From sequence record NC_019410.1: a stretch of DNA of 64,000 bases; one strand, given 5' to 3'. This document shows, piece by piece, positions 53,566 through 63,254 of this stretch. The notes below the pieces were generated by a model, which saw only the letters and a list, made by a program, of their open reading frames with translations, searched no databases and was not told the DNA's origin. The number at the start of each line of letters is the position of its first letter. The stretch's first letter is position 1. The translations under genes were made by a program, and so were the position numbers.

Positions 53566-53979
53566 ATGACCTATGTCTGCACCGCCGAGACCGACGAGAT
53601 CATCAACGCCCAGCCCGTCGATCTGGACGCGGCCGAGGCCCTGCTGCGTCCGCGTCCGAACTTCGCCAAGGCCAGGGGCGTCTGCCGCGAGTGCGGCGCG
53701 CCCAAGAACGAACGGCGCCTGGGTGCGGACTTCTGCTCGACCCGCTGCCGCTCGGATTTCCACAACCGGGCCAAGATCGAGGGCGCGTCGCTGATTCACA
53801 TCGTCAAGCGCTGGCGGCGCTATCGTCGCCCTGGCGACTTCGCCCTGATGACCAAGATGGCGGACGACCTGATCCGCGCCGACAAGCTCGCCAACCGCAA
53901 CTTCTATCCCGACCCGCCGGCCACGGCTCACGCCAAGGTCGTCGCCACCAACATCGCCGGGCGCCGCAAGGCCCGCTAG
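53566..53979 (+). CDS. Zn-finger hypothetical protein
   Basis: CRECG...FCSTRC. Confidence 0.65.
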   Translation: MTYVCTAETDEIINAQPVDLDAAEALLRPRPNFAKARGVCRECGAPKNERRLGADFCSTRCRSDFHNRAKIEGASLIHIVKRWRRYRRPGDFALMTKMADDLIRADKLANRNFYPDPPATAHAKVVATNIAGRRKAR

Positions 53980-53993
53980 TCCAGGAGTACAGT

Positions 53994-54248
53994 TTGACCA
54001 CACCGAACCAAGTCCCCGTCCACACCGTCGAGAGCGGTGGTCACCTCTTCCAGGTCTATGCGGCCCCGGAGAACCACACCCACCGCTACCTCGGCTATTG
54101 CGACGGGGCGATCAGCGTCAGCGGCTCCAGCGTTGACGTCGTCCTGCGGGCCTTGGTGACCAAACATCCGGCGGTGCGGCCCAGCGGCGAGGTGATCGAT
54201 TTCACCGCCTATCGCCTCAAACGCCTGGGCGAGGAGTTCGCCGCCTGA
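53994..54248 (+). CDS. Hypothetical protein (TTG start, 84 aa)
   Basis: AGGAG RBS at 53983. Confidence 0.55.
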   Translation: MTTPNQVPVHTVESGGHLFQVYAAPENHTHRYLGYCDGAISVSGSSVDVVLRALVTKHPAVRPSGEVIDFTAYRLKRLGEEFAA

Positions 54249-54264
54249 CGTCGTGATTTAACAC

Positions 54265-54281
54265 TGTCATGAATCTTGACA
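54265..54281 (+). promoter_or_regulatory. Recurrent motif TGTCATGAATCTTGACA upstream of the primase gene
   Basis: Intergenic copy. Confidence 0.65.
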
Positions 54282-54339
54282 CCTGTCGGGATTGGAGGCT
54301 AGATGGCTCCCGCCTTTCACCCCCGTCCCGACAGGCTTC

Positions 54340-57300
54340 ATGTCCCACTCTTTCGATTTCCTCGCCGCGCTGTTCGCGGCGCATGAAGGCCCGATCGCCT
54401 TCGAGCACAACAACAAGACCGTCAAGACCCGCGATCCCGCGTTCGTGGAAGAGCACGACGGCGAACTCTATGTCTCTCCGACGACCCCGGACGGCCGCGT
54501 GGCCTTCGTGTTCGGCACGGACCAGGACGTCGACGCCGATGTCTGGGAGGCGTTTCGCCTCAAGCCGACCGTCGTCCTGTACAAGGAAAAGACTGGCGAC
54601 ATGATCGTGGCCTGGGCCTTCGAGGAGACCCAGGAGATCGACGACGTGCGCCGCCTCGCCGAGGCGCTGGGCATGGCCGATCTGGAAGAGCCGATCCCGC
54701 TGCCCGGCACCAACGGCTGGTCGCTGGTCCGCGCCGAGGAGAGCGACTACTACCTCCTCGACGAGGTCGAGCGCGTCTATGCCCCGGCCAAGAAGACCGG
54801 CTACGACGACCCGCCGAAGAACCGGCAAGAAAATCGGCAATTTTCTGACACGCAATCGGCGCAAGCTGCGGAAAAGGCTGGCAAAAAAGCCTCTTCCAAG
54901 ACCGGCAAAAAGACCGGCGCCGACGCGCCGCCGTGGGACGAGGACCTCGGGACCTACGCCGACGCCGTGATCAAGCGTCCCTATGACGAGGGCGACCCGG
55001 CGCTGGCCCAGGAGATCATCGTCTCCGTCGGGGCCAACAGCAAGTCGATGAACTGGCAACCCAAGGCCATGCCGCTGGGCGCGTTCGTCGCCCAGTTCTG
55101 CCAGCACCGCGAGGGCGCCAAGGACGGCGTCTCCTTCGTGCTGGGCGACATGGTGCCGGGCCAGCGCAAGAAGACGGCGATCAAGGCCCTCTACGCCGTG
55201 GGCCTGGACGTCGACGTGGGCATGTCCTCGGCGGCGATCGACGCGGCCCTGGCCAAGTTCGGGCGCATGGCCGTCCGCTATACGACCCATTCCCACCTGA
55301 AGGCGGTCACCGACGTCAAGAAGGACGTCCTGATCAAGTGGTGCGAGCAGGAAGCCGACGGCGCCGACTACGAGGAGGACGAGGTCCTCCAGCGCTACTT
55401 CCTGGCCAAGGAACTGATGACCCCGGACGTCGCCAAGACGGTCGAGTTCAACGGGACCGAGCACAAGGACGGCGGCATCATGGTCACCGTCAAGCACGCG
55501 CCGATCGCCAAGCACCGGATCATCGTCCCCCTGGCGGCGGCCTTCGACATCTCCAAGGTCGCGCCGACCCAGAAGGAGGCGATGGACAAGTGGGCCAAGG
55601 TCCCGACCGCGCTCGCCCGCGAACTGGGCGTGCCGCTGGACAAGTCGTGCCTGGACCCCTCGCGCCTGTTCTATCTGCCGCGTCACGCCAAGGGCAAGCC
55701 GTTCGAGATCAGCCTGTTCGGCGGCGACCTGTTCGACTGGAAGAGCCTGACCCTCGACGATCCGTTCGAGGCCGAGATCGCCAAGCTGACCAAGGGGACC
55801 AGCAAGTCCAAGACCGAGGCCGGTCGCAACCTGGGCCGCTGGTCGATGAAGGCCGCCCACGGCTTCCAGGTCGTCCAGGTCATGGAGGAGCACTGCCCCG
55901 ACAAGCTGCGCCACCAAGTCTCGGCCGGCTACGAGATCGAGTGCCCGTTCGACGAGCTTCACTCCAACGCCGGCGACACCGAGGATCGCGCCTGTCTGGC
56001 GGTCAACGCCGGCGATGGTCCGAGCGAGTGGTTCACCGTCCGCTGCCAGCACGAGTCCTGCCGCGAGTTCACCAATCTCGACATGCTCGGCAAGATGGTC
56101 GAGGACGGCTGGTTCGACCGCGACGTGCTCGACGACGAGACCTACAACATCGTCGAGGCCGAGAACGCCCCCAACCCGCAGGCGGCCAAGAAGATCGAGA
56201 AGGAGGACAAGGCCAAGGAAGCCTATATGCAGGCGATCTTTGACCTCCCCGAATCCGACTTCACCGACGACGACGTTGAAAAGGTCCTGCGCGTCTGCTG
56301 CGAGGCCAATCTGGGGACCCTGGCCGAGAACAAGGCCAAGGAAGCCCTCAAGGCGCGCCTGGGCGTCACCGGCACGGTGATCAACAAGATGTTCAAGGAC
56401 ATGAAGGCCACGGTCGCGCGCGAGCAGAACGCCGAGGGCGCGGTCAAGGACCCGCTGGGCCGCAGCATCTTCGCCTATGCGGGCGAGTTCAACTTCGACG
56501 AGGCCTTCGCCTGCTGCTTCCGCGCGCTGGTCAACACCAACCGCGAGAAGGACCAGCCGATCTTCTCCTGCTTGCAGGACAAGCCCGTGCGCATGGCGCC
56601 CGAGCCGGATGGTCGTCTGAAGTTCACCGAGATCGGCACGGCCGCCTCCATGGGGGCCGAACTGAACGAGCTTGTCACCTTCGTGCGCAAGAACGAGCAG
56701 GGCCAGGGCGCGCGCGGAAGGGTTCCCGACGACGTGGCGCGCCACGTGTTCGAGAAGGCCTACACCCGCCTGCCGCGCACGCCCGAGATCATGTACACCC
56801 CGATCTATACGGCCGAGGGTGACTTGATCCGCAAGCCCGGCTGGTATCAGAACCTCGACATCCTGATGGCCGACATCGGCTTCGACGTTCCGAAGGTGTT
56901 CAGCGATCCGACGCCCGAGGAGGTCGAGGACGCCGTGAAGCTCCTGACCGACGAGGTCCTGATCGACTTCCCGTTCCTGGACTACGACACCGCCGGCAAC
57001 GAGCGGCGCGAGCCGTCCATGGCCAACGCCCTGGCGATGCTGATCACCCCGTTCATGCGCCGCATGATCGATAGCTGCACGCCGGTGTTCTTCGTCTCCA
57101 AGCCGACGCCGGGCACGGGCGGGACCTTCCTGGGGATGGTGCCGATCATCCTGTTCGACGGCGAGGAGCCGGCCCCGATTCGCTACACCCAGAACGAAGA
57201 GGAAATGCAGAAGGCGCTTTTGGCTTCTCTCATGAATTCAAAGGCTTACCTCTTCTTCGACGACGTCAAGGAGTTCAACAACCGGGTGTTGCTGATGGCG

Positions 57301-57996
57301 ATCACCTCGCGTTATATTGGTGGTCGCGTCCTCGGCTCCTCGAAGAACATCGAGATGCCGAACAACTCGATCTGGATCGCCACGGGCAACAACCCGCTGA
57401 TCTCCTCGGAAATGGCCCGGCGGGTGGTCGACATCCGCCTCAACGCCAAGACCTCGGACATCCAGAAGCGCACCTACAAGCACCCTGACTACGTCCAGTG
57501 GCTCAAGGCCAATCGCGGCGAGATCGTCCACGCGATCCTCACCCTGATCGCCCATTGGATCAACTGCGGCATGCCGAAGTTCACGGCCCGCAAGCGCGCG
57601 TCGTTCGAGGACTGGTCCGAGAAGGTGGGCGGCGTGCTGATGTGCGCCAACATCGAGGGCTTCCTGGACAACCGCCGCTCGGTCGCCGCCGACATGGACG
57701 AAGCCGCGATCAAGCAACTGGTCCGCGACTGGCTGCTCAAGTGGGGCGAGAAGACCCAGGTCAAGATCGCCGACCTGTGGAGCTACGCCTACGACATGGA
57801 ACTCGACATCGTTTCGGGGGCCAACGACGACCAGAAGAAGGCCCGCTTCATGCGCATCCTTCCGACCCTGGACGGCCGGACGTTCAAGATGCCGCGCGGC
57901 GACTGCATGGTCCGCGCCGGCTCCGACGCCGACGGCAATGTCACCTATCATCTGGAGCGCCTGAGCGCGACGGAGGAGGTCCTGGAGACTGCCTGA
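54340..57996 (+). CDS. DNA primase/replication protein (RepB/AEP-like N-terminal modules, Zn-binding CPF..LH motif, C-terminal P-loop-like domain)
   Basis: GLDVD, YTTHSH, DPSRLFYLP, ECPFDELHS...CQHESC and FFDDV...IATGNN motifs. Confidence 0.7.
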   Translation: MSHSFDFLAALFAAHEGPIAFEHNNKTVKTRDPAFVEEHDGELYVSPTTPDGRVAFVFGTDQDVDADVWEAFRLKPTVVLYKEKTGDMIVAWAFEETQEIDDVRRLAEALGMADLEEPIPLPGTNGWSLVRAEESDYYLLDEVERVYAPAKKTGYDDPPKNRQENRQFSDTQSAQAAEKAGKKASSKTGKKTGADAPPWDEDLGTYADAVIKRPYDEGDPALAQEIIVSVGANSKSMNWQPKAMPLGAFVAQFCQHREGAKDGVSFVLGDMVPGQRKKTAIKALYAVGLDVDVGMSSAAIDAALAKFGRMAVRYTTHSHLKAVTDVKKDVLIKWCEQEADGADYEEDEVLQRYFLAKELMTPDVAKTVEFNGTEHKDGGIMVTVKHAPIAKHRIIVPLAAAFDISKVAPTQKEAMDKWAKVPTALARELGVPLDKSCLDPSRLFYLPRHAKGKPFEISLFGGDLFDWKSLTLDDPFEAEIAKLTKGTSKSKTEAGRNLGRWSMKAAHGFQVVQVMEEHCPDKLRHQVSAGYEIECPFDELHSNAGDTEDRACLAVNAGDGPSEWFTVRCQHESCREFTNLDMLGKMVEDGWFDRDVLDDETYNIVEAENAPNPQAAKKIEKEDKAKEAYMQAIFDLPESDFTDDDVEKVLRVCCEANLGTLAENKAKEALKARLGVTGTVINKMFKDMKATVAREQNAEGAVKDPLGRSIFAYAGEFNFDEAFACCFRALVNTNREKDQPIFSCLQDKPVRMAPEPDGRLKFTEIGTAASMGAELNELVTFVRKNEQGQGARGRVPDDVARHVFEKAYTRLPRTPEIMYTPIYTAEGDLIRKPGWYQNLDILMADIGFDVPKVFSDPTPEEVEDAVKLLTDEVLIDFPFLDYDTAGNERREPSMANALAMLITPFMRRMIDSCTPVFFVSKPTPGTGGTFLGMVPIILFDGEEPAPIRYTQNEEEMQKALLASLMNSKAYLFFDDVKEFNNRVLLMAITSRYIGGRVLGSSKNIEMPNNSIWIATGNNPLISSEMARRVVDIRLNAKTSDIQKRTYKHPDYVQWLKANRGEIVHAILTLIAHWINCGMPKFTARKRASFEDWSEKVGGVLMCANIEGFLDNRRSVAADMDEAAIKQLVRDWLLKWGEKTQVKIADLWSYAYDMELDIVSGANDDQKKARFMRILPTLDGRTFKMPRGDCMVRAGSDADGNVTYHLERLSATEEVLETA

Positions 57997-58023
57997 CGGG
58001 GGTGAGTGCTCCAGGCCCACGAG

Positions 58024-58054
58024 AAAGGCCCCAGGATCGCTCCTGGGGCCTTTT
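58024..58054. terminator. Bidirectional terminator
   Basis: AAAGGCCCCAGGA-tcgc-TCCTGGGGCCTTTT between convergent genes. Confidence 0.88.
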
Positions 58055-58074
58055 GAGTGTCTGAGGCTGGCCGA

Positions 58075-58419
58075 CTAGAGCCAGATGATCTGAGGGGCCT
58101 TGCCGCGCTTCCTGACGATCTGCACGAGGCCTTCGGCGACGAGCTTGCCATACAGGCGGTCGAGCGAGGCGGTCTTGGTCCGGCCTTTGTCCCCGGCTTG
58201 CTGGCGCCGGCGCGCCTTGCGGTTCTGCGCCTCCCGTCCGTAGGTCATCTCGATCCCGGTCTGGAGGTCCTGGCGCGTCAGCTTGCCGCTGGCGAGGGCT
58301 TGATCGAGCACCGCCACGGCCTCGGGCGGGTACTTCTCCCGCGCGGCCTTCAGATAGGCCGCCTTCTCCTCGGGCGACAGGGTTTCGACGGGGTCTTGTT
58401 CGGGGGTCGGCGCGGTCAT
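58075..58419 (-). CDS. Small basic, putative winged-helix DNA-binding protein
   Basis: GGAG RBS before ATG 58419; LDRLYGKLVAEGLVQ. Confidence 0.55.
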   Translation of the reverse strand: MTAPTPEQDPVETLSPEEKAAYLKAAREKYPPEAVAVLDQALASGKLTRQDLQTGIEMTYGREAQNRKARRRQQAGDKGRTKTASLDRLYGKLVAEGLVQIVRKRGKAPQIIWL

Positions 58420-58534
58420 GAAAATCTCCAGGCGCGGGAATGTCACCCCTGATGACACACCCAGCACGAGACGTAAAGTGTTGACAGACGACACTCGAAG
58501 CCGGTATTGAAACTCCTGTACGGTAAGGGAAAAC

Positions 58535-59134
58535 ATGATCGACGACGATTCAGACTGGCAGGAAGGCGAGCTTTCGCCGCCCCGCGCCCCGATCACCACC
58601 AAGGACCTGACGGCCGCCGCCCAGAGCGTCGCCGGCGGGCGCATGGCGGCGATGCGGGCGGCCGGAGAATCCCATCGACGCGATTTCCTGATCCTGCGCG
58701 GGCCGCTGGGCGTCGTCCGGCTCTCGTTCGCGCATGTTCCGGTCCTCCAGGCGCTTTGGCGTGTCTGGGCTCGCAAGCGGCTCCAGCGGATCGATGATCC
58801 CGGCGCCAATCTTGCAGAGATCGGAGCCGAGATGGGTTTGGAGGTCAGCGCGGTCCGCCCGGTGATCACCAGCCTGCACAAGAACCGACTGATCCGCACG
58901 CGCCGCAGCCACCACGGCTGGCAGGGCGTGCGGGCGACCTACTACCCGTCGGAGATCGCCGTCCAGGCCCTGGGCTTGGCGGAGGTCCTCGGCCCTGGTC
59001 ACGCCGTCCAGGTGGGGCGTAACGCCTCGGCCTGGGCGAGCCGCAGCCAGACCGAGCCCGGCAACCTGTTCCAACACGCCGCGCTGTTGCGGGGCGGGGC
59101 TCATGCCAGGGCCTACGATTCGGAGTATTCATGA
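58535..59134 (+). CDS. Winged-helix (MarR-like) DNA-binding protein
   Basis: LAEIGAEMGLEVSAVRPVITSLHKNRLI. Confidence 0.6.
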   Translation: MIDDDSDWQEGELSPPRAPITTKDLTAAAQSVAGGRMAAMRAAGESHRRDFLILRGPLGVVRLSFAHVPVLQALWRVWARKRLQRIDDPGANLAEIGAEMGLEVSAVRPVITSLHKNRLIRTRRSHHGWQGVRATYYPSEIAVQALGLAEVLGPGHAVQVGRNASAWASRSQTEPGNLFQHAALLRGGAHARAYDSEYS

Positions 59135-59135
59135 A

Positions 59136-59552
59136 ATGCCGCAAACCGCGAAAGACCTCAAAGCCGCCGACGTCCAGCCCGCCGGGGCTAAGGGAAGCGC
59201 GCAGCCTGGAGGTGCTGAAGGGGCGGCCTCCACGGGTGCGGTCCTTCTGAGCAAGGAGGCCATCGGCCAGATCGGCGAAGCCCTCGGCGGCCGGACCCAT
59301 TGGCAGGCCTCGATCGCGCGTCGGGTCGGCGTCTCCAAGTCGCAGATCACCCGCTATCTCAACGGCGATCGCACGCCCAACACCGCCCTGGGCGACATCT
59401 TCATGGACCTGATCGTCGGGAACATCGAGGAACTGTCCGACCTCCTGAGCACGCCCGGCCTGCCCGAGGCCGAGGGCGCGGTGGTCGCCGAAGCCCAGCG
59501 CCACATCCAGCAAGCCGTGCAGTTGCTGCGCGACAAAATCCTGTATTCCTGA
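59136..59552 (+). CDS. XRE-family HTH protein
   Basis: WQASIARRVGVSKSQITRYLNGDRTP. Confidence 0.75.
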   Translation: MPQTAKDLKAADVQPAGAKGSAQPGGAEGAASTGAVLLSKEAIGQIGEALGGRTHWQASIARRVGVSKSQITRYLNGDRTPNTALGDIFMDLIVGNIEELSDLLSTPGLPEAEGAVVAEAQRHIQQAVQLLRDKILYS

Positions 59553-59560
59553 GGTCCCGC

Positions 59561-60031
59561 ATGTCCCTGATCGAGAAGCTCAACAACGACGCCCTGGCCG
59601 CCCGCAAGGCGGCGATGCGCAAGGAAGCCGGCGGCGAGCACGCCGTTCTCCTGGCGACGGTCGCGGCGGACGCCGCCATGATCGCCAAGAACGACCGCCA
59701 GAACCCCGGCCGCGACGTCACGGACGAGGACGTCGTCGCCACGCTGAAGAAGCACATCGGCGGCATCGACACCACCCTGGCGGAACTGACCAAGCGCGGC
59801 CGGTCCGAGGAGGAGCAGTCGCGCTTCATCGTCGAGCGCCGGCGCCTGGAGGCCTATCTGCCCCAGACCCTGTCGGGCGGCGATCTGACCGACGCGATCC
59901 ACGCCACGGCCGCCAAGCTCGGCGTCGACCTGCACGTCAAGAGCACCAAGGCGATCGTCGCCGATCTGCAAGAGCAGTTCCCTGGCCAGATTGATTCTTC
60001 GGAAGTCGCGCGCTATCTTAAGAACGTCTGA
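59561..60031 (+). CDS. GatB/YqeY-domain protein
   Basis: SL..KL..D...A.K, E...LEAYLPQ.LS and terminal V...L. Confidence 0.8.
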   Translation: MSLIEKLNNDALAARKAAMRKEAGGEHAVLLATVAADAAMIAKNDRQNPGRDVTDEDVVATLKKHIGGIDTTLAELTKRGRSEEEQSRFIVERRRLEAYLPQTLSGGDLTDAIHATAAKLGVDLHVKSTKAIVADLQEQFPGQIDSSEVARYLKNV

Positions 60032-60058
60032 TCCCAGACGAAATCCCAGTCAGAACTT

Positions 60059-60091
60059 AAAAGGCCCCGGAGCGATCCGGGGCCTTCTTCT
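60059..60091. terminator. Bidirectional terminator
   Basis: AAAAGGCCCCGGA-gcga-TCCGGGGCCTTCTT. Confidence 0.8.
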
Positions 60092-60109
60092 ATGCGTGGA
60101 TCGGAAGTC

Positions 60110-61180
60110 CTACGCCGCTTCCGTCTCGGGACCATCCTCGATCCAGGCCGCATAGAGGTCCTCCAGGACCTTGACGCGGGCCGGGTCCATGTCGGACGGA
60201 TCGCGGATGCCTTCGAAGACCCCATGGCGCGGCAGGTCATAGTCGCCGGCCAGGGCGTAGCTCATCTTGATGAACTTCCCCAGCGGCGGGTTGTCATAGA
60301 ACTCCGCCTTCTGCTTGGCGTTGAGCCCCGAGGCGACCCTGGCGACCTTGCCCGGCCATTCGGGGAACAGGACCAGGAGCCCGCCGGCGATCCCCTTGGC
60401 GACCTTGCCGGCCTTGTGGGTCGAGCGCTTGGTGTAGCCGCGCTCGTCGAGCGTGGCCTCGTTGGTGTTGGCCTTCTCCTCGTAGCGTCCGATGCAGACA
60501 CCCTCCAGGTCGGCCTTGTCCTTGGCCTTGACGTTGAACCCCTCCAGGACGGTCGAGCGGCCGGGCTTGTAGGGCGCGTCCAGCGAGCAGAAGATCAGAC
60601 CCTCGTCGTCGTTTTCGAGGGCCTCGTAGAACATCGCCACTGCCTCCTGGGCGTTCTTGAGCAGGCGCTGCTCCAGGATGACCACCCAGGACGGCAGCGA
60701 CAACTCCAGGGCCTTCAGGGCGTCCAGACGCTCGGTCTTGCCGCCCGGCGCCAGGAAGTGCTCGAAGACATAGTAGCGGATGTCCGGCTCGCCTTCCTGG
60801 GTCATGACCGCCGAGGTCGACCCCCGGAAGTTCAGCTTGCCGTCGGTCAGGATGCCGATCTCGCCGTCCAGGCCGTGGGGCAGGGTCGACAGCAGCCGCC
60901 GCACGTGGTGATTGGGGATGTACTTCAGCGACCGGGTGATCCCGTGGCCGATCTCGTCGGCCTCCAGGGTGATCCAGCCGGCCTCGGTGTGGACGAGGGA
61001 GGTCTCGATCTTGTCGGGGTGGACGGGCGACACGCTGGCCCGCACCCCGTCCTTCTTGAACGAGGCGTAGCAGGGGAACTGGATGCGGGCCTCGAACTCC
61101 TCGGGACGCACCGAGTCGGTGTCGGCCAGGGCGATCCGGAACCGCTTGTAGGGCTTGAAAGGCTTGGGTTTCTTGGTCAT
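60110..61180 (-). CDS. ATP-dependent DNA ligase
   Basis: KKDGVR (KxDG), GLDGEI, EGLI, K.KD and LPRH.VF..IRD motifs. Confidence 0.9.
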   Translation of the reverse strand: MTKKPKPFKPYKRFRIALADTDSVRPEEFEARIQFPCYASFKKDGVRASVSPVHPDKIETSLVHTEAGWITLEADEIGHGITRSLKYIPNHHVRRLLSTLPHGLDGEIGILTDGKLNFRGSTSAVMTQEGEPDIRYYVFEHFLAPGGKTERLDALKALELSLPSWVVILEQRLLKNAQEAVAMFYEALENDDEGLIFCSLDAPYKPGRSTVLEGFNVKAKDKADLEGVCIGRYEEKANTNEATLDERGYTKRSTHKAGKVAKGIAGGLLVLFPEWPGKVARVASGLNAKQKAEFYDNPPLGKFIKMSYALAGDYDLPRHGVFEGIRDPSDMDPARVKVLEDLYAAWIEDGPETEAA

Positions 61181-61629
61181 CTCAACTTCCCCTCGATCAG
61201 TTTGAGGCCGGGCTGGTCCCGGTTCATTTGGTAGACGATGTAGCGATCGCCGCTGAACTCGACGCTGTAGACCGTCATGCCGGCGTCGAGGCACTGCATC
61301 CACATGTGCCGCGTCCCCGGCCCGCCGGGGAAGGCCACGCAGACGTTGGCCCCGCTCTCCACGCGCATCCGGGTGTTGCGGTTCTTGGGCGCGTCGTCGC
61401 CCTCGCCATCCAGGAGCGGATCGACCTTGTAGACCTCGGTGGCGAAGCCCCACTTCTCGGCCCAGGCGCGGCAGAGCCGGTCGTAGCCCTCGGCGTCGCC
61501 GTCGACCCAGACCATGTCGCGCGGCCAGCGAAGCATCGAGACCAGGGCCGACAGGACCAGACGCGGGGCCTGCTCGACGACCCCGACCCGGCCGCCGCAG
61601 ACCACCGCCTTGAACGGATCAGGCTTCAT
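61177..61629 (-). CDS. SLOG-superfamily (DUF2493/YspA-like) protein
   Basis: VVCGGR, GDAEGYD.L...WA, RN..M and VAFPGG.GT..M motifs. Confidence 0.75.
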   Translation of the reverse strand: MKPDPFKAVVCGGRVGVVEQAPRLVLSALVSMLRWPRDMVWVDGDAEGYDRLCRAWAEKWGFATEVYKVDPLLDGEGDDAPKNRNTRMRVESGANVCVAFPGGPGTRHMWMQCLDAGMTVYSVEFSGDRYIVYQMNRDQPGLKLIEGKLR

Positions 61630-63254
61630 CGCCGAAAATCTCCGGATCGAGCACGTCTTCCTCCATGTCGATGAACCCCTGTAGCGGCTGGCGCGGCTCG
61701 ACGCGCCTGTTCTCCAGCATGATCTCGTCATGCACCCGCATCTGCGGGATGTAGTCGTACTCGAAGCGCCGCTGCCGGCGTCCGAGCGCGTCGAGGCTCA
61801 GATGGCTCCCGTGATGGCGCTGGGCGTCGGACAGGAATTCCTGATAGGCGGTCCGCGTCGAGGCGGCATGGGTGGTGGCGGCGGACAGCGCGACGGTCAG
61901 GGGCTTGAACGAGGTGGCCCCGTCGCTCATCTCGGTGATGGTGTCGAAGAAGGGCTCCAGGTCCGCCACCCCGCGCGGGCCGATCCCCAGCCATCCCGCC
62001 AGCCGCTCGGGCTTGACGTCGTAGCACGAGCCGTCGATCGCCCAGGCGCCCTCCTTGGGGTCCCAGGTCCAGGGCGCGTCGTTCATCGTCGCCAACACCC
62101 CGAAGGCGTCGCAGCGGTCCTTGCCGTCGCGCAGCACCCCGTAGCCGAACTTGGCCTTGCCAAGCATCGTGGTCCATTCGAGCAACACCGTCGGCTCGAT
62201 GTTCAGCGCCGAAAGATGCCGGGCCAGACGGCGCGTGTTGGCGGAGGCCGGCGAGGAAATGCCCAGCACGTCGTGCTCGAAGATCGCCCAGTCCTCGTAG
62301 TCGGCGAACCGGCAATGTTCGGGATAGTCCTCGAACACGCGGTCGCGGTCGTATTTCGGATCGTAGATGTCGCGGAAGTCGTAGTGCCGCCCGCCGCCGC
62401 GAATCAGGGTGGGGTTCGTGTTGAGCCTCAGGGCGTAGCCAAGTTCGATGTAGCGATTTTGGCGCTCGGCCGCGCGTCCCAGCGTCGAGGAATCAGGCAT
62501 CCAGCACCCGGTCCACTCCCCTTCCGGTCCCCAGATGAACAACTGCGCGATCTCCGGGCGGATGTTACGAAGGTGCGGCTCGGTGGGCGGCAGATAATAG
62601 GCCAGATCACCGATCTTGAACCGCATGCTCTGGACGTGCTGTTCGTAGCGGCGCACGGCGTCGTTATAGCGACCGCCTGAAAAAGGCTCGATCATCCTGG
62701 TCGCCATCGCGTAGTCCTTACTCATCAGCCAGTCCATGGCTTGCTTCTGATAGGGGTAGGGCTGAAAGGCCTTGACCATCTTCTGGCTTATGACCGTCTC
62801 GGACTTCAGTATCTGAGCCATGGTCTCCTGGAGGCGCGACTTGCCGGCTTGCCGGGGCGCGACGAGGAGGTCGCCCAGGCCCAGGGTGGTGTCCTCGATG
62901 ATCTTGAGATCGTTCCAGGACGTCGCGTGCGCGGTGACGCTTCCCACGGGCGAAGCGGGGTCGACCCCGAGGATCATCTTGCCGATCTTGTGGTCGAACG
63001 CCGCCACGATCTGCTCGATCTTCGAGAGCGGCGCGGTGTCGTCGAGGGGATAGGCCACATCGAGCGTGCTCGCCGGCAGCGGCGGCTTGGCGTAGGCTTC
63101 CCGCAGCTTCATGAGCGCGTCGGCCGCCTTGCCGGTCGGGGCGATGACCTGGGCGATCGCCGTTTCCGGCGGACGGGCGGTCTTGCCGCCCAGGCCCAGA
63201 TTGCTCAGGAAGGCCGGCTCAGGCGGAACGGAGGGGGACGACAGGCTGATCACC
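61619..63254 (-). CDS. Mosaic hypothetical protein (start uncertain; the frame is open to 63373)
   Basis: Long ORF of heterogeneous composition; candidate starts are GTG near 63254 or ATG near 63113. Confidence 0.55.
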
